DNA from: Candidatus Saccharibacteria bacterium RIFCSPHIGHO2_12_FULL_41_12
GTDB lineage: Bacteria; Patescibacteriota; Saccharimonadia; Saccharimonadales; 2-12-FULL-41-12
Assembly: GCA_001790445.1 (NCBI GenBank)
Contig: MGCQ01000008.1
Span: forward strand, 26,676 to 90,675
Length of the DNA: 64,000 bases
Direction of reading: 5' to 3'
A program made the position numbers and the translations under genes. Of the stretch, positions 60,667 through 64,000 are shown piece by piece; the stretch's first letter is position 1; each line of letters starts with the position of its first letter. A model generated the notes under the pieces. That model was not told the origin of the DNA. It saw nothing but the letters and a program-made list of their open reading frames with translations, and did not search any database.

Positions 60667-61551
60667 ATGCCGGAGTTACCAGAAGTAGAAGTATTAAAAA
60701 GAGGTCTAAACGAGCTTATAGTTAACCAAACAGTTAAAGCTATAAGTTCTATAAATAGTCCCAGAAGTTTGATAGGATCTTTATCCGATATAAATCGATT
60801 TGTAGTTGGAGCAAAAATAACAGAGATAAATCGCAGGGGCAAAATGATTATTATCAACTTAAGCTCCGGGTATTGTCTGGTGGTTCATCTTAAAATGACG
60901 GGCCAACTTGTTTATCGTTCCGATGATGAGCAGAAAAATTTTGGGGCAGGTCATCCAACAAACAGTTTAGTTGGCCAGCTTCCAGATAGATCCAGCCGAG
61001 TCGTCATAGTCTTAGAAAAAGGTACATTATTTTTTAATGATCAGAGGAAGTTTGGTTGGATTAGGTTAATTCACAAGAATTTGCTTGAAGATATAAAACT
61101 ATACAGGACCATGGGCCCAGAACCGCTCGAAGGAATCCCAAAGAACCAATTTAGTGCAAATCTGAGCCGACGAGCAAACTTGAAGATTAAGCCAGCGCTG
61201 CTTGACCAAACTGTTATTGCTGGTGTGGGTAATATTTATGCTGATGAGAGTTTGTGGATGGCCCAGATCCACCCTTCGACAAGAGTAAAAAATGTTCCAG
61301 CTGCGTCCAGGGGGTTGCTGCTTGACTCAATTGTTGATAGCATGAATACTTCTATAAATTTTGGTGGCTCAACTGACAGAAACTATGTTAATGCTAAAGG
61401 ACAAGGCGGTAGTTACTTGAAGTTTGCCAAAGTTTTTCGCCGCGAAGGACTTTTGTGCCCAAGATGTGGCAGTGAGATTATAAAGATTAAACTAGCTGGA
61501 CGCGGAACTCATTTCTGCCCAGTTTGTCAAAAAGAAGAACAAAGCTCATGA
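60667..61551 (+). CDS. mutM: formamidopyrimidine-DNA glycosylase
   Basis: MPELPEVE N-terminus, H2TH region, and C-terminal zinc finger CPRCGSEIIKIKLAGRGTHFCPVCQ. Confidence 0.9.
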   Translation: MPELPEVEVLKRGLNELIVNQTVKAISSINSPRSLIGSLSDINRFVVGAKITEINRRGKMIIINLSSGYCLVVHLKMTGQLVYRSDDEQKNFGAGHPTNSLVGQLPDRSSRVVIVLEKGTLFFNDQRKFGWIRLIHKNLLEDIKLYRTMGPEPLEGIPKNQFSANLSRRANLKIKPALLDQTVIAGVGNIYADESLWMAQIHPSTRVKNVPAASRGLLLDSIVDSMNTSINFGGSTDRNYVNAKGQGGSYLKFAKVFRREGLLCPRCGSEIIKIKLAGRGTHFCPVCQKEEQSS

Positions 61552-62456
61552 ATTATCTTTTAACAGGCAATTCATTTTTGATAGACGAGAAATTATCGGA
61601 AATAAAATCAGAATGTCTCAAAACTAAACCTGATATTTTGCTTGAAAATATTGATGCAGAAGATGCCACCTTGGCCCAAATAATTGAGCTAATTTCTAGC
61701 ACGTCTTTATTTTCGTCTAGCAAGCTAGTGGTTCTTAAGCGGCTGGGTAATAATAAGCAAGTAAGCCAACATATCGAACAAATTATTGAAGCAATAATTG
61801 ATACTGTTGAGCTTATTTTGGTCGAACCCGCAATAGATAAACGCAGTAGCTATTACAAATATTTGCTGTCAGACAAACGCATAAAGCACTATGACAACAA
61901 AATAGAATCCATTGATTTATGGGTCCGCGCCCGAGTTAAGGAACTTGGGGGAAATATCAGTGGTGCAACCGTCCAATATCTAATAAACAAAGCAGGCCCA
62001 GACCCAAGTCTTTTATCTTTTGAAATTAAAAAACTCATTGCCTACGACCCAACAATTACACCCGAAAATATTGATAAATTGATGGATGTTTCGTTAATGA
62101 GTTCGGTCTTTGACTTGGTGAACGCAATTTTTGTTCAAGACAAAAAAAGAGCCATGAGATTGTATGAAGAGCAGCAGTTTTTAGGCATTACAGGCCCAGC
62201 AATTATCGGCATGATTGCTTGGCAACTCCATATTTTTGCGCTTATCAAATCTACTGACAAATCTCCAAAAAAAATTTCGGCAGAGACCAAAATCAGTAGC
62301 TATGCACTTGAGCGTTCTGCTGCAGTCGTTAAAAACCTTGCTCTGCAAGATATTAATCAAATGATTAAATCTCTGGAAAAATTAGATCACCAATCGAAAA
62401 CTATATCAATCGATGTTAACGAGGCGTTAAAAAATTGGATTATTACCCAATCGTAG
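61548..62456 (+). CDS. holA: DNA polymerase III subunit delta
   Basis: MNYLLTGNSFLIDEKLSEIK... and SLFSSSKLVVLK pattern. ATG 61548 overlaps the mutM stop (ATGA). Confidence 0.6.
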   Translation: MNYLLTGNSFLIDEKLSEIKSECLKTKPDILLENIDAEDATLAQIIELISSTSLFSSSKLVVLKRLGNNKQVSQHIEQIIEAIIDTVELILVEPAIDKRSSYYKYLLSDKRIKHYDNKIESIDLWVRARVKELGGNISGATVQYLINKAGPDPSLLSFEIKKLIAYDPTITPENIDKLMDVSLMSSVFDLVNAIFVQDKKRAMRLYEEQQFLGITGPAIIGMIAWQLHIFALIKSTDKSPKKISAETKISSYALERSAAVVKNLALQDINQMIKSLEKLDHQSKTISIDVNEALKNWIITQS

Positions 62457-62780
62457 TTATTTTTTCTTCTTAGGGGTCGCTTTTTTGGCTGGCTTTTTTG
62501 CAATAGTTTTCTTTGGGGCAGAACCGGATTTCTTGCTAGCCTTTGCTAGCTGACTTTTCTTGCGTGCGGCTTTGTTTTTGTGGATCACGCCTTTTTTAAC
62601 GGCTTTATCTATTTCGCTCTGAGCTTTTGAAAGCTCTTTTTTCGTTGAACCTGCACCTGATTTTATAGATGCATGGAGAGATTTTACGGCTTTCTTGAGA
62701 CTTCTTTTGGTGCTAAGATTGCGCAGAGTTGCTTTTTTGGCGGTTCTTACGCGCTTTTTAGCAGATTTTATAATTGGCAT
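62457..62780 (-). CDS. rpsT: 30S ribosomal protein S20 (with Lys-rich C-terminal extension)
   Basis: MPIIKSAKKRVRTAKKATLRN...IHKNKAARKKSQLA, followed by KK-rich tail. Confidence 0.88.
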   Translation of the reverse strand: MPIIKSAKKRVRTAKKATLRNLSTKRSLKKAVKSLHASIKSGAGSTKKELSKAQSEIDKAVKKGVIHKNKAARKKSQLAKASKKSGSAPKKTIAKKPAKKATPKKKK

Positions 62781-62907
62781 GTGTTTTCCTTCAATTTTCC
62801 TTAAGTCTTATTACTACTTAACTACACTATAAAGAATATTGGGTAAAATGTCTAGACAAAGACATAAAAATGTTGTACCCTGAAATAGGTATTTAACTAA
62901 AATAAAA

Positions 62908-64000
62908 ATGGACAATCAAACAAACGAAAACCACGACCAATTTGACCAAGTCGTTGAAAAGCTAGGTTCAGCGAACAATATTCTTGTAACGGTTAAGTCA
63001 AACCCAAGTATAGACCAGCTAGCTTCACTGATTGGGTTAACGCTGTCTCTAAACAAAATCGGCAAACACGCTACAGCTGTATTTAGTGGTTCTGTTCCAT
63101 CTGTTTTAGAATTTTTACGACCAGATGACACTATAGAAAACGACACCAATAGCTTGCGTGATTTTATAATTGCCATAGACAAATCAAAAGCAGACAAACT
63201 CCGTTACAAAGTAGAAGGTGATGTGGTCAGAATATTCATAACTCCTTACAAAACTAGTTTGAGCGAAGAAGATCTCGAATTTAGTCAGGGAGATTTCAAT
63301 ATTGACGTAATTGTTACTCTGGGTATTCATGATAAATCAGATCTGGATAAGGCTGTCGTGGCTCACGGAAAAATTCTTCACGATGCTACAGTTTTATCTA
63401 TTACCAATGACAAGATAAGTGAACTAGGCAGTGTGCTCTGGGTAGATCCTAAATCCAGCAGTCTTTGTGAGATGATTGCTGATGTCGCTAGAGAACTTGA
63501 CAAAAATATATTTGACGAGCAGATTTCGACAGCATTTCTAACCGGGATTGTTGCCGAAACGGCACGATTTAGTAATGAAAAAACAACTCCACATGCAATG
63601 AGTGTAGCCGGGGTACTAATGGCGGGTGGAGCAAATGCGCAGTTGATCAGTACGAAACTCGAAACTCCCAAAAAGCCTTCTCCAGATAGGAACCAAGACA
63701 AAAATGACCCAGAAGATGACCAGTCAGCTAACTCTGACGGTGCACTAACAATCAAGCACACAGAAAAACCATCCGATAGCTCTAAAACAAAAGACGATGA
63801 CGATAAAAAAATCGACTCTTTGGATGAAGAAGAGGAAAAGGATGATATTCTTATTGACCAAGAAGGCAAACTGAAGAAGTTAAAAGAACTTTCGCAAGAA
63901 GAAGACAAAAATGGAGATAGTAGCTTCGTCAAAGAACCACCGACTTTTTCTGGTCAGTTGACAGCCAATACCAATTCTCCTGATATCCAGCTTGAGCAAA
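62908..64000 (+). CDS. DHH-family-like protein with degenerate catalytic motifs and acidic C-terminal region (3' end beyond window)
   Basis: I translated this by hand from ATG 62908, and it has no stop through 64000, which is why it is absent from the ORF track. It begins MDNQTNENHDQFDQVVEKLGSANNILVTVKSNPSIDQLASLIGLTLSLNKIGKHATAVF. The layout parallels NrnA-type DHH proteins, but DHH motif positions read NPSIDQ and GIHDK. Confidence 0.55.
   Translation, partial: MDNQTNENHDQFDQVVEKLGSANNILVTVKSNPSIDQLASLIGLTLSLNKIGKHATAVFSGSVPSVLEFLRPDDTIENDTNSLRDFIIAIDKSKADKLRYKVEGDVVRIFITPYKTSLSEEDLEFSQGDFNIDVIVTLGIHDKSDLDKAVVAHGKILHDATVLSITNDKISELGSVLWVDPKSSSLCEMIADVARELDKNIFDEQISTAFLTGIVAETARFSNEKTTPHAMSVAGVLMAGGANAQLISTKLETPKKPSPDRNQDKNDPEDDQSANSDGALTIKHTEKPSDSSKTKDDDDKKIDSLDEEEEKDDILIDQEGKLKKLKELSQEEDKNGDSSFVKEPPTFSGQLTANTNSPDIQLEQ

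Noticed and set aside
62457-62780. The Lys-rich C-terminal extension of ribosomal protein S20 as a possible fused domain.
   Set aside because: Basic low-complexity tails on small ribosomal proteins are common. There is no separate frame or domain signature.
63378-63932. A 184-aa minus-strand ORF rich in Ser/Leu/Phe.
   Set aside because: It is antisense to the open plus-strand DHH-like frame, which has a clear start, sensible domain-like sequence and no stops.

Overview
This 64-kb chromosomal window appears to come from a small-genome, monoderm-type bacterium. The gene content looks like Patescibacteria/CPR, probably Saccharibacteria-like, but that is inference only because no rRNA is present. 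Supporting points are the VirB2-type pilin family next to a VirB6-like protein, ComFC, many membrane-anchored secreted proteins of unknown function, dense toxin-antitoxin modules, and a sparse metabolic set. The genetic code is standard, and the sequence shows clear TTGACA-N17/18-TAnnnT promoters and GGAGG ribosome-binding sites. Housekeeping genes: hsp20, comFC, glmM, valS, tsaD, a murE-like ligase, groES/groEL behind a CIRCE operator, argS, orn, dnaG-rpoD, pyrC/pyrD, polA, mutM, holA, rpsT, and four tRNAs (Ser-GCT, Arg-GCG, Ser-TGA, Ser-CGA), all with encoded CCA. Five features seem most worth a second look. (1) A divergent locus (331-6906) pairs a 952-aa VirB6/TrbL-like membrane protein with eight tandem pilin-like paralogues of VirB2/TrbC topology. 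(2) A ~510-bp highly structured intergenic repeat family is present as three full copies and one inverted half copy (22543-23046, 29667-30176, 41217-41465, 57033-57550). It has terminator-like end hairpins, sub-terminal 12-bp hairpins whose loops read TAGCA on the same strand at both ends, and compensatory changes between copies. (3) A 165-bp long-hairpin repeat occurs twice (6905-7069, 49158-49322). (4) A secreted-protein island (35786-41180) is bracketed by toxin-antitoxin modules and by three copies of a 36-bp palindrome with a CACGTG core. (5) A 21-nt duplication of the tRNA-Ser(CGA) 3' end encloses a ~155-nt hairpin-rich spacer. Smaller oddities include a DnaG whose four zinc ligands are all substituted, an N-terminally short MurE-like ligase, an HTH-HAD fusion, and apparently leaderless toxin-antitoxin operons. 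No CRISPR array, rRNA, transposase or integrase gene was seen.
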